A stretch of DNA of 64,000 bases from Fibrobacterales bacterium (lineage in GTDB: Bacteria > Fibrobacterota > Fibrobacteria > Fibrobacterales > JAOPTW01), in contig JAOPTW010000015.1 in NCBI GenBank assembly GCA_051532035.1, positions 218,653 through 282,652 of the forward strand, read 5' to 3'. Of the stretch, positions 50,834 through 59,781 are shown in pieces. Each line of letters begins with the position of its first letter. Within the stretch, counting starts at the first letter, position 1. The notes beneath the pieces are model-generated. The model saw only the letters and a program-made list of their open reading frames with translations. It was not told the DNA's origin and searched no databases. Made by a program: the position numbers and the translations under genes.

Positions 50834-51666
50834 GCGTTATACGCTTCCGCATTTTTCATATAGTCATGTACCACTCTGAAACTGGTAACGCCACCAAGAA
50901 TTGCAATACCAACAGTTACCCAGGGTAGTGCCGAGAGTGAGATAGTCAAAGTCGAAGCAAACTCGGGAAAGAGAAAGGTAAACGCCCAAGTGATCCCATA
51001 CCATGCTGAAAGGGCAAAAACAGCACCAGCAATCCCTTGAAAGAACCCTTCTACGACAAAGGGAAATTGAATAAATGATTCACTTGCCCCACAGTAATGC
51101 ATGTTCTCTACTAAGATCTCTCTCGAAAAAAGCGTCAACCGAACGGAGTTACTAATAATAAGCCAGAGCATTACAACCAATCCAATAGAGATAACCAGAG
51201 ACCAAAAATAGAAGGTGGACTTCCATTCCTCAATAAGCTCGATGGTGTCGAGAGATGAACTCACGGTCTCAACTTCTGAAAATTTCTCTAGTTTATAGAC
51301 CAATTTTTTCATATTGATCAAATTTTGCAACTTGCCCCCAGGGTAGATTTTAAATGATGACGGAAGGGGATTTACATCTAAATCTTCAATCATTTCATGG
51401 CCAAATTGAGCGATAAAGAGCTTTTTAGCACTCTCTTTTGATATATAAGTGACAGAATCGATATTGCCAATGCGGAGAAGTTCCTCGCCAATAATGGGAG
51501 CATTGTCTATGTGGTGATCAAAAAGAAATACCTCTAACTGAAAATGATCCGTGACTCGATTCGAGTAATCATACCCCAGCACCAGTAGCTGTATCGTCCC
51601 ACCCAATATAAAGGCGCAGAGAAAAATGGTCAATATAGACGGCAGCAGTATCATTCTGTGTTGCAT
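50830..51666 (-). CDS. ftsX: Cell division permease FtsX; start may be ATT at 51702
   Basis: ISKE.A, NPLPSSF, ISNSVRL, GAS..FI..PF..EG. Confidence 0.85.
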   Translation of the reverse strand: MQHRMILLPSILTIFLCAFILGGTIQLLVLGYDYSNRVTDHFQLEVFLFDHHIDNAPIIGEELLRIGNIDSVTYISKESAKKLFIAQFGHEMIEDLDVNPLPSSFKIYPGGKLQNLINMKKLVYKLEKFSEVETVSSSLDTIELIEEWKSTFYFWSLVISIGLVVMLWLIISNSVRLTLFSREILVENMHYCGASESFIQFPFVVEGFFQGIAGAVFALSAWYGITWAFTFLFPEFASTLTISLSALPWVTVGIAILGGVTSFRVVHDYMKNAEAYNA

Positions 51667-51798
51667 TATACTGCGAAAAGACTCCCGAACTAGATAGAGA
51701 ATGGATACCTCGCTTTTCTACTTACACTCTGACAAAAGATACCTTTTTACAGAAAAAGCACCAACAAATACTATTTTTGTGATACACCAAGGATAATT

Positions 51799-52737
51799 AT
51801 GAAGAATCTTACCTTAAAATTTGCAGCCTTTTTCTGTGCCATATTACTTTGGTTCTACGTGATGTCCGAGCGGCAGTACACCTATACCGCTGAGCTCCCG
51901 GTAATTACCCAAAATATACCACGCACTATGGCTCTCATGAATCAGTTCCCCAAGACGATCAAGGCAGAAATTAAAGGCAAAGGAAAAGATCTCATATTGA
52001 ATAAAGAGGCTCCCGGCCACTTTCTCTTTGATCTTGCGCATTTAAAGCTGGGGAAAAACACCATCGACCCACATAAACGTCATTTCATGAAACCCCCTAC
52101 GGGCGGCGATGTGACTCTTATAACTATTTTTAACGATGAAAGCATTGTGATCAGCGCCGAAACGAGAATATCAAAACGTATTCCTGTTCGTAATAGAGTG
52201 ACTATCGAGCCTGCACCCAATTTTATTCTTAGTAAAGAACCGCTCATCTCACCAAAACATATCACTATATCCGGTGCCCGCAGCTTAGTAACGAAACTTT
52301 TTGAAATACCAACAATACCCCTCACCTTGAGTGCCCTGAATCACGACACAACTATGCACGTTGCCCTCTCCCCACTTCCGAGCCTTATTGAACAGAAAGA
52401 GAATCAAACCGAAATAGCTATTGCTATTGAGCCTCTGCGTATTAAACCATTCTCTGACATTGCCGTTTCACTGCTGAATACTCCAAAAGATTCATTGACG
52501 TATCGACTGGAACCAAACAGTGCCTCAATCACTATTACCGGGGCAAAGAGCATCCTCGAAACGCTGACTCCCGATGACATTACACTCTTTATTGAGTACA
52601 ATCGCTTTAACATAGAAAACAAAAAGAAATTGAATCCAACAGTAAGTATTCAGGGTGAGATCCAATCTTTCGACCTCGACCCTAAAGAATTTGAACTCCA
52701 TATAGATTCAATAACCATTCAGGATACCTTGATATGA
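51799..52737 (+). CDS. YbbR/CdaR-like protein
   Basis: KNLTLK...CAILLWFYV N-terminal anchor; repeated P..(I/V).I.G YbbR-like segments. Confidence 0.7.
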   Translation: MKNLTLKFAAFFCAILLWFYVMSERQYTYTAELPVITQNIPRTMALMNQFPKTIKAEIKGKGKDLILNKEAPGHFLFDLAHLKLGKNTIDPHKRHFMKPPTGGDVTLITIFNDESIVISAETRISKRIPVRNRVTIEPAPNFILSKEPLISPKHITISGARSLVTKLFEIPTIPLTLSALNHDTTMHVALSPLPSLIEQKENQTEIAIAIEPLRIKPFSDIAVSLLNTPKDSLTYRLEPNSASITITGAKSILETLTPDDITLFIEYNRFNIENKKKLNPTVSIQGEIQSFDLDPKEFELHIDSITIQDTLI

Positions 52738-53741
52738 TTACCCTTGGCATAGAAAGCTCATGTGATGAAACAGCCTGTGGCATCGTCGATGACACCCTTA
52801 AAGTATACGCAAACTGTCTCTATTCTCAGATCAAAGAACACCGCTCTTTTGGAGGCGTTGTCCCTGAAATTGCAGCGCGAGCACACCTCGAAAAAATATC
52901 TGCAATAGTCGATGAGGCACTCACTACATCAGGCCTTACCATCGATGACATCGACCAAATTGCTTATACCCGTGGCCCTGGATTAATGGGCCCGCTTCTT
53001 GTAGGTGCATCATTTGCAAAGGGCCTTGCCCATGACCTCCAAATTCCGAGTATTGGTATTAACCATTTAGAAGGGCATATTGCTGCGGTGTTCCTCAGCA
53101 ACCCAGGGATTCAAGCGCCTTTTTGCTGCCTTACCGTTTCAGGTGGGCATACGGAGCTCACCTTGGTTAAAGAAAACTTTGAGTATGAACTCCTTGGTCG
53201 CACCCGTGATGATGCCGCTGGCGAAGCATTTGACAAATGTGGAAAACTCCTTGGCCTTGGCTACCCTGCAGGCCCCCTCATGGGGAAAACTGCCGACGGC
53301 GGCAACAGAAAGTTTGTGCGCTTCCCTCGAAGCTTTGCGAAACAAGATACTGGTGAATTTTCATTCTCTGGGCTCAAAACATCGGTTCTCAGATACGTTC
53401 AGGATAATAGTGAAGCGTTCATTCAAGAGAACCTCAAAGACATCTGTGCATCACTCGAAGAGGCCATTGTCGATATTTTGAGTGAAAAAAGTATGTGGGC
53501 CCTTAAGAAAACAGGCCTTGACCGTATTGTGGTGTGTGGGGGCGTTTCGGCGAATCGACATTTACGAAAAAGAATGGAAATTTTGGGCAACCGCAATAAA
53601 TTTACCGCTTTTTTTCCCGATTTTGAGTATTGTACTGATAATGGTGCTATGATTGCAGCAATTGGACAGCTCAAAACGAACTCAAATATGTTACATTTAA
53701 CTGATGATACAGTAACCCCATGGTTGGAGCTTGGAAAGTAA
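52734..53741 (+). CDS. tsaD: tRNA threonylcarbamoyltransferase
   Basis: GIESSCDET, GGVVPE.A.R.H, NHLEGH, SGGHT, DDAAGEAFDK, TDNGAMI. Confidence 0.95.
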   Translation: MITLGIESSCDETACGIVDDTLKVYANCLYSQIKEHRSFGGVVPEIAARAHLEKISAIVDEALTTSGLTIDDIDQIAYTRGPGLMGPLLVGASFAKGLAHDLQIPSIGINHLEGHIAAVFLSNPGIQAPFCCLTVSGGHTELTLVKENFEYELLGRTRDDAAGEAFDKCGKLLGLGYPAGPLMGKTADGGNRKFVRFPRSFAKQDTGEFSFSGLKTSVLRYVQDNSEAFIQENLKDICASLEEAIVDILSEKSMWALKKTGLDRIVVCGGVSANRHLRKRMEILGNRNKFTAFFPDFEYCTDNGAMIAAIGQLKTNSNMLHLTDDTVTPWLELGK

Positions 53742-54172
53742 TGCTTATTAAATGCCTCATACTCGTACTTACCTGCACAATGACTATCGCTTTTGCAGAG
53801 CAAAGTGATTCTCTTACTGCAGATACGTTAATGCAACCACTTGGGGCACCTCAAGCGCAGGCGATGCCAGAGCTCAAAAATGAAGCGACTACTGATACCA
53901 CCATTAATATTATGGAAGAGTTTGAAATTTTTGGTGATGACAATCAGTCTTCAATTTTCATACTAGGATTTGATAATTCTGAACTCGACAAAGAAATACA
54001 GGAACAGATCATGCTCCGAAGCTTTTCTAAAGATCTCTATTTTATGCAAAATATTGATCGTGAAGAGTTCGAATCACAAAGAAATCTCCGCTCAAATATT
54101 TATTCTGAATTCAATCATTCAGATTTTGACATTCCGGATGAAGGCTCAGAAAAACCTTCAGTAGTTGAGTAA
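53741..54172 (+). CDS. Acidic hypothetical exported protein
   Basis: TAATG-coupled to tsaD; signal peptide ending AFA. Confidence 0.6.
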   Translation: MLIKCLILVLTCTMTIAFAEQSDSLTADTLMQPLGAPQAQAMPELKNEATTDTTINIMEEFEIFGDDNQSSIFILGFDNSELDKEIQEQIMLRSFSKDLYFMQNIDREEFESQRNLRSNIYSEFNHSDFDIPDEGSEKPSVVE

Positions 54173-54280
54173 CACACCACTACCCACTCTACATCAGCAC
54201 ATCAATACCTGCGTTTTTTGAATAAAATAGCCATAGACCATGTTTTCTTTCACTTTATTTCTTTTTTTGAAAGTTTTCCC

Positions 54281-54307
54281 TAAAGGTTTTCCCAATCCTC
54301 CCGATAA
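54281..54307 (+). promoter_or_regulatory. sigma28 promoter, flagellin 1
   Basis: TAAA-N15-CCCGATAA. Confidence 0.8.
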
Positions 54308-54425
54308 TTTTAAGGAGGACTTCATATCCTCAACCTTTAATGCAAAAAAGATACTCGTTTACGGAAATAATACGAATATCACCAATACACGGAAGTACAC
54401 ATCTTTATAAACACGGAGGTTTATA

Positions 54426-55283
54426 ATGCGTATCAATCATAATATCAATTCGTTGATAACACAGAACGCGCTTGCTCATGCGAATGGCAAAATGGGCGAA
54501 TCACTACAAAAACTTTCTACCGGACTCAGAATCAATACTGCAGCAGATGATGCCGCAGGACTCTCAGTATCGGAACAATTACGTTCACAAATCAGAGGCC
54601 TCGGCCGGGCAAAAGCTAATGCGCAGGATGGTATCGCACTCCTGCAAGTAGCGGAAGGCGCGGCAAATGAGATTTCTGAAGTACTGCAAAGAATGAGAGA
54701 ACTCTCAGTACAAGCAGCAAATGATACATTAACCTCAACTGACCGTGGATACCTCGACCAGGAGTTTAGTTCACTTGCTGCAGAAGTCGATAGAATCTCC
54801 AATAGTTCTCAGTACAACGGACAAACACTCATTGACGGGGGCTCAAGTTCTTTTGGTGTAAGCGGCTCATCATCATCTGTTCTTCATATTGGGGCAAATG
54901 CTACTACTTCGGATAGTATAAGCATCTCAATGAGTGCCCTTACCACTGGATCTCTAACCATATCAACATCAGGAACAGGTGCAGTCGGCGTTTCAACTCA
55001 AGCATCTGCACTCACCGCAATATCATCAATAGATACTGCAATCACCTCAGTGAATACCATGAGATCTGATGTTGGTGCCTATGTGAATAGACTCGAACAT
55101 GCAATCAACAATCTCGCCAATCAGGAGTTCAACACACAAGATGCGGAATCACGGATTCGTGATGTGGATTTTGCTTCAGAATCAACCGAGTTCACCAGAA
55201 CTCAGATTTTGACCCAATCATCTGTCTCTATGTTAGCGCAAGCAAATACTGCTCCGCAGTCTGCTCTTGCACTCCTCAATTAA
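54426..55283 (+). CDS. fliC: Flagellin 1 (285 aa)
   Basis: MRINHN, LSTGLRIN.AADDAAGL, LQRMREL, ESRIRDVDFA, MLAQAN. Confidence 0.95.
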   Translation: MRINHNINSLITQNALAHANGKMGESLQKLSTGLRINTAADDAAGLSVSEQLRSQIRGLGRAKANAQDGIALLQVAEGAANEISEVLQRMRELSVQAANDTLTSTDRGYLDQEFSSLAAEVDRISNSSQYNGQTLIDGGSSSFGVSGSSSSVLHIGANATTSDSISISMSALTTGSLTISTSGTGAVGVSTQASALTAISSIDTAITSVNTMRSDVGAYVNRLEHAINNLANQEFNTQDAESRIRDVDFASESTEFTRTQILTQSSVSMLAQANTAPQSALALLN

Positions 55284-55330
55284 AAGTACCCTACAATACA
55301 CCAATACCTGATACGCAGGTATTAACTCCG

Positions 55331-55360
55331 AAGGCCGAAATGAATATTTCGGTCTTTTTC
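55331..55360 (+). terminator. Flagellin 1 terminator
   Basis: AAGGCCGAAAT-GAAT-ATTTCGGTCTT followed by T-rich tract. Confidence 0.8.
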
Positions 55361-55389
55361 GTTTTTCTTTTTACTCTTTCATTTTTCTC

Positions 55390-55417
55390 TAAAGTTTCAT
55401 TTCCTATAAAACGATAT
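55390..55417 (+). promoter_or_regulatory. Orphan sigma28-type promoter
   Basis: TAAAGTTT...; TAAA-N16-AACGATAT; no ORF before the next terminator. Confidence 0.65.
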
Positions 55418-55423
55418 TATAAA

Positions 55424-55494
55424 TGCATTAAAGGTTGATGTGTATTTCCGTACACGAATCTTTTTAGAAAGGCCCGCTCCGTTTGGGCTTTTTT
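55424..55494 (+). ncRNA. Candidate ~70-nt sRNA antisense to the flagellin-1 5' leader
   Basis: Promoter-to-terminator unit (AAAGGCCC-GCTCCGTTT-GGGCTTTTTT); three complementary blocks of 15 nt or more to 54330-54403. Confidence 0.65.
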
Positions 55495-55619
55495 AATTTC
55501 CACCCTTATTCTCTCAAAAATACCCATCTATCTTCTTTTTTATATATGCCTCATATGAAGCCCATTGAGCGTTTTTTCAGATTAAAAACAATTCTTGATA
55601 TTTTTTATGAAAAAAACAT

Positions 55620-55647
55620 TAAAGATTTCAGTAAGCCTCTCCGAAAT
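55620..55647 (+). promoter_or_regulatory. sigma28 promoter, flagellin 2
   Basis: TAAA-N16-TCCGAAAT. Confidence 0.7.
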
Positions 55648-55797
55648 ATGAAATAGGAGTTAATACAGGCTGTTACGGAGTATCAATCCAGACCAGTCCC
55701 AAACACAAAAACCGCCACATGGATGTGGCACAAATGCATAGAACACTGCATGGTGTAGGGCCACTGCTTTGTTCATATATAAACATGGAGGTTTATC

Positions 55798-56655
55798 ATG
55801 CGTATCAATCATAACATCAATTCACTTATAACCCAAAATGCACTTGCGAATGCAAATTCAAAAATGGGTAAATCACTCGAAAAACTTTCAACGGGACTCA
55901 GAATCAATAGAGCCGCTGATGATGCCGCGGGACTCTCAGTTTCTGAACAGTTGCGCTCCCAAATCAGAGGTCTAGGTCGTGCGAAAGCCAATGCACAAGA
56001 TGGTGTCGCACTTCTTCAAGTAGCTGAAGGTGCGGCGAACGAGATGTCTGAGATTCTACAAAGAATGCGAGAACTCTCGGTTCAAGCGGCGAATGACACT
56101 CTCACCTCAACAGACCGCGGTTACCTCGATCAAGAGTTCACAGCACTTGCTGCAGAAGTAGACCGTATCTCGAGCAGTTCACAATACAATGGACAAACGC
56201 TTATTGACGGCGGAACCAACTCATTTGGCGCTTCAGGATCTGCATCATCAATACTCCACATTGGGGCAAATGCAACATCTGCTGATAGCCTCACCATTTC
56301 GATGACCGCACTTACCTCTGGTTCACTCAGTTTAAGTACGAGTGGCACTGGGGCTGTCGGTGTTTCAACACAGTCTGCGGCAATAACAGCAATAACAACA
56401 CTCGATACTGCAATTGCTTCGGTAAACTCAATGCGTTCAGATATTGGCGCCTATGTGAATAGACTTGAGCATGCAATGACTAATATTTCGAATCAAGAAT
56501 TCAACTCACAAGACGCTGAATCGCGTATTCGTGATGTGGATTTCGCATCCGAGTCAACTGAGTTCACCAGAACCCAAATATTGACTCAGTCATCTGTTTC
56601 AATGTTGGCACAAGCAAATGCAGCACCACAAAGTGCACTTGCTCTTATCGGATAA
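55798..56655 (+). CDS. fliC: Flagellin 2 (285 aa)
   Basis: Flagellin N- and C-terminal motifs; closest to flagellin 1. Confidence 0.95.
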   Translation: MRINHNINSLITQNALANANSKMGKSLEKLSTGLRINRAADDAAGLSVSEQLRSQIRGLGRAKANAQDGVALLQVAEGAANEMSEILQRMRELSVQAANDTLTSTDRGYLDQEFTALAAEVDRISSSSQYNGQTLIDGGTNSFGASGSASSILHIGANATSADSLTISMTALTSGSLSLSTSGTGAVGVSTQSAAITAITTLDTAIASVNSMRSDIGAYVNRLEHAMTNISNQEFNSQDAESRIRDVDFASESTEFTRTQILTQSSVSMLAQANAAPQSALALIG

Positions 56656-56692
56656 TTGAGTACGTACACTTTTTAAAAAGAACTTTAATGCA

Positions 56693-56721
56693 GAAGGGGG
56701 CTCGTAATAGCCCCCTTTCTT
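56693..56721 (+). terminator. Flagellin 2 terminator
   Basis: GAAGGGGGCT-CGTAAT-AGCCCCCTTT. Confidence 0.8.
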
Positions 56722-56861
56722 ATACTCACAAAATATATAAAGCCAGAACGCATCACTCATTATCATCGTTAACATCAAGTCCCGCCTAAGACTATACTCA
56801 AGGCTTTACTTCAGGATCTTAAAAAATTTCCAATTTTTTAGAACCCCTATTACTTTTTTTC

Positions 56862-56890
56862 TAAAGATCCACTTCAACTATTACCGATAC
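56862..56890 (+). promoter_or_regulatory. sigma28 promoter, flagellin 3
   Basis: TAAA-N17-ACCGATAC. Confidence 0.65.
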
Positions 56891-56951
56891 ATTTACTAGA
56901 GACCCTTATGCCACACGGAAGTGGCAGAAACGCAAAACACGGAGGTTTACC

Positions 56952-57824
56952 ATGCGTATTAATCACAACATCAATTCACTTATTACTCAGAATGCTCTCG
57001 GTGCCGCAAATAACGGACTTGGAAAATCTCTGGAAAAACTCTCAACCGGTCTACGGATTAACCGCGCAGCAGATGATGCAGCAGGACTCTCTGTTTCCGA
57101 ACAATTAAGAACACAAGTACGTGGTCTAGGTAGAGCAAAATCAAATGCCCAAGACGGCGTTGCACTCCTACAGGTTGCTGAAGGTGCTGCTAATGAGATC
57201 TCTTCAATCCTACAACGAATGAGAGAACTCTCGGTTCAATCGGCGAATGACACCCTTACTTCTACTGATAGATCGTATCTACAGCAGGAATACGTTGCGC
57301 TCGCAGATGAAATCGACCGTATTGCAAATGCGACTCAATACAATACTCAAACACTCATAGGTAATGGCGCGAATGCATTTGGTACCAGCGGATCATCATC
57401 TTCAATCCTTCACATTGGTGCAAATGACAATGTTGGCGTTGATAATATCACAATGTCTATTGATGCCCTTACTACTGGGTCACTCGGTATTTCTACCGGA
57501 TCAGGGGCAGGAGCTGGAACTACTATTGGTGTTTCAACACAGGCATCTGCAATGTCTTCGATCACCGCAATTGATACCGCAATTACATCAGTGAATACCA
57601 TGAGATCAGACATGGGTGCCTATGTAAATAGACTTGAACATGCGATGAATAATATTTCGAATCAAGAGTTTAATACTCAGGACGCAGAATCACGAATCAG
57701 AGATGTAGACTTTGCAACAGAATCAACCCACTTTACCAAAAATCAGATTCTCACTCAATCATCTACTTCGATGTTGGCACAAGCAAATGCAGTTCCACAA
57801 GGAGCACTCGCTCTTATTGGATAA
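56952..57824 (+). CDS. fliC: Flagellin 3 (290 aa)
   Basis: Flagellin motifs; near-identical to flagellin 5. Confidence 0.95.
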   Translation: MRINHNINSLITQNALGAANNGLGKSLEKLSTGLRINRAADDAAGLSVSEQLRTQVRGLGRAKSNAQDGVALLQVAEGAANEISSILQRMRELSVQSANDTLTSTDRSYLQQEYVALADEIDRIANATQYNTQTLIGNGANAFGTSGSSSSILHIGANDNVGVDNITMSIDALTTGSLGISTGSGAGAGTTIGVSTQASAMSSITAIDTAITSVNTMRSDMGAYVNRLEHAMNNISNQEFNTQDAESRIRDVDFATESTHFTKNQILTQSSTSMLAQANAVPQGALALIG

Positions 57825-57846
57825 CACAATTAACTCAATACTACCC

Positions 57847-57880
57847 CTAAAAAAGACCAACTTTCGTTGGTCTTTTTTAG
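57847..57880 (+). terminator. Flagellin 3 terminator
   Basis: CTAAAAAAGACCAAC-TTTC-GTTGGTCTTTTTTAG. Confidence 0.88.
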
Positions 57881-57981
57881 TTATTCGGTAGAAAATCAAG
57901 TCACTACAGAATACTCTCTACTCTAGGTTTCGCCTTTAGTTTTATATTCACTTTTTACTCAGTCTTTATTGAGCTACCCCC

Positions 57982-58009
57982 TCAAGATTTCACTCAAGTC
58001 GACCGATCA
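57982..58009 (+). promoter_or_regulatory. sigma28 promoter, flagellin 4
   Basis: TCAA-N16-ACCGATCA. Confidence 0.65.
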
Positions 58010-58073
58010 ATACAATACGGCCTAAATCCGCATGGAAGCGGAAGGTATTATTTTTGTAACACGGATGTAGATT

Positions 58074-59666
58074 TTGAGGATCAATCACAACATCAGCGCA
58101 CTTATTACCCAGAATTCGCTTAATTCAGCGAATAATGCTCTGGGTGATTCTCTGCATAAGCTCTCGACAGGCTTGCGGATTAATCGTGCTTCTGATGATG
58201 CTGCAGGACTCTCTGTTTCGGAACAACTACGATCTCAAATTCGTGGCAATAACCGCGCCCGGCATAATGCAGAAGACGGCGTTGCACTTCTTCAGGTCGC
58301 TGAAGGAGCAATGAATGAAGCCCATTCTATTTTGCAGCGCCAACGACAACTTGCCATACAATCTGCCAGTGATACCCTCACTGATGAGGATCGATCATAT
58401 CTCGACCAAGAATTTGAGGCCCTTTCAGATGAGCTCACCCGAATCAATGAAGCCACTCAATATAATGGCATTCAAGTATTACGCGGTGGTGCTGATAACG
58501 CCGAAGAGCTTATTGATAAACTAACCAATGACTGGCTCCCTGGAGCAGCTGCCACAGTACAAAACGCCTATAGCAACCTATCTGCGTTTGGCAATCTTCA
58601 TGTCACCGGTGAAAATATGGACGGCGAGGCGGGGCTTCTTGCTACCGGCGGCTCAGATGGCACTCAAGCAGTTATAAACCTTGACCTCGATGATTTTAAT
58701 TCCCAAGTGACAGGAGACGCTAACGCTGATGGGCCCATGAATCACCTCGGAAACGTCTTTTCAGCTCAGGATATTCTCTCTCACGAAATGACCCATGCGC
58801 TACAATATATTAACGGACATCAACCACCCACGTGGTTCTCCGAAGGTGCCGCAGAAGCAAGTAATGCTGGTGGTGAGTCTCGGGTTACCAGTTTATTAGC
58901 AGGGAGTTATGCCAATACAGCTGCAATTATAGCTGCATCATCATTTGCGAGTGGCGGGAGCATAGACCATAATACTTGGAGCGGCTCGGACGAAGATTAT
59001 GCAACCGCTTATCTTGCTGCAATGTTTATCCAAAATGGTGCAGGTTCTATTGATGACGTTTATGGCACTACCATTAGTGGATCAGCACAACTCGAGGCCA
59101 ATATTACCGCTACTTTTGGCGGTACCTATGCAGCCTTTGAAGCTGGTTTTCTGGCACAAAACCTTAACACCGGTGATCCAGCCTATGCATCAGCATTTGG
59201 TGATCAAGTAGGCACTACCATTGTCGGTGAAGGGTTCACTGGAGTCTCTTTTGATATTGGTGAAGCACTCCAACTGCATATTGGTGCCAATGCCGAAGAA
59301 GACGTCGACACCATGGATCTTGATGGTTTAGGCTCTGTTTCTGGCAGTGCCCTCGGCGTTGAAGCGGTCTCTGTTGGCAGTCGCACTGGTGCACATGCAA
59401 GCATTGGAGTTGTTGGAACAGCTATATCAACGGTCTCAACAAAACGATCTGATGTTGGCGCCCATATAAACCGCCTTGAACACTCAATACAAAACTTACA
59501 TAATCAAGAGTTCAATCAACAAGATGCAGAGTCTCGTATTCGCGATGTTGATTTTGCAACAGAATCAACTGCCTTTACCAAGCAGCAAATCTTAACACAA
59601 TCTGCAACAGCCATGCTCTCTCAAGCCAATGGCGTCTCTAATGCAGCCCTTACCCTTATCGGGTAA
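58074..59666 (+). CDS. Flagellin 4 with internal gluzincin metallopeptidase domain (flagellinolysin-like)
   Basis: Flagellin termini plus ~245-aa extra central region with HEMTH (58782-58796) and WFSEGAAE; TTG start. Confidence 0.9.
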   Translation: MRINHNISALITQNSLNSANNALGDSLHKLSTGLRINRASDDAAGLSVSEQLRSQIRGNNRARHNAEDGVALLQVAEGAMNEAHSILQRQRQLAIQSASDTLTDEDRSYLDQEFEALSDELTRINEATQYNGIQVLRGGADNAEELIDKLTNDWLPGAAATVQNAYSNLSAFGNLHVTGENMDGEAGLLATGGSDGTQAVINLDLDDFNSQVTGDANADGPMNHLGNVFSAQDILSHEMTHALQYINGHQPPTWFSEGAAEASNAGGESRVTSLLAGSYANTAAIIAASSFASGGSIDHNTWSGSDEDYATAYLAAMFIQNGAGSIDDVYGTTISGSAQLEANITATFGGTYAAFEAGFLAQNLNTGDPAYASAFGDQVGTTIVGEGFTGVSFDIGEALQLHIGANAEEDVDTMDLDGLGSVSGSALGVEAVSVGSRTGAHASIGVVGTAISTVSTKRSDVGAHINRLEHSIQNLHNQEFNQQDAESRIRDVDFATESTAFTKQQILTQSATAMLSQANGVSNAALTLIG

Positions 59667-59748
59667 CAACCAACGCCTTACCTTTTAACCCACAACTCCT
59701 TTTATACCTACCATTATTCCATTGATCACACCAAAATACAAAAAGGTC

Positions 59749-59776
59749 TAAAGTTTTAATGCGTTCCTCCCTATAT
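59749..59776 (+). promoter_or_regulatory. Possible orphan sigma28-type promoter
   Basis: TAAAGTTT...; TAAA-N16-CCCTATAT, -10 has T in place of the core G. Confidence 0.4.
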
Positions 59777-59781
59777 ATATT

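Noticed and set aside
54204..54214. AATACCTGCGT complementary to flagellin-1 3' UTR 55313-55323
   Set aside because: Lies upstream of the flagellin-1 promoter, outside the predicted transcript; single 11-mer, may be chance.
54330..55438. 15-bp inverted repeats flanking flagellin 1 as an invertible phase-variation switch
   Set aside because: No recombinase in the window; the other complementary blocks are non-colinear, one includes a G:U-type change, and they sit in a promoter-terminator unit, which fits RNA pairing better. Not formally excluded; check reads for inversion.
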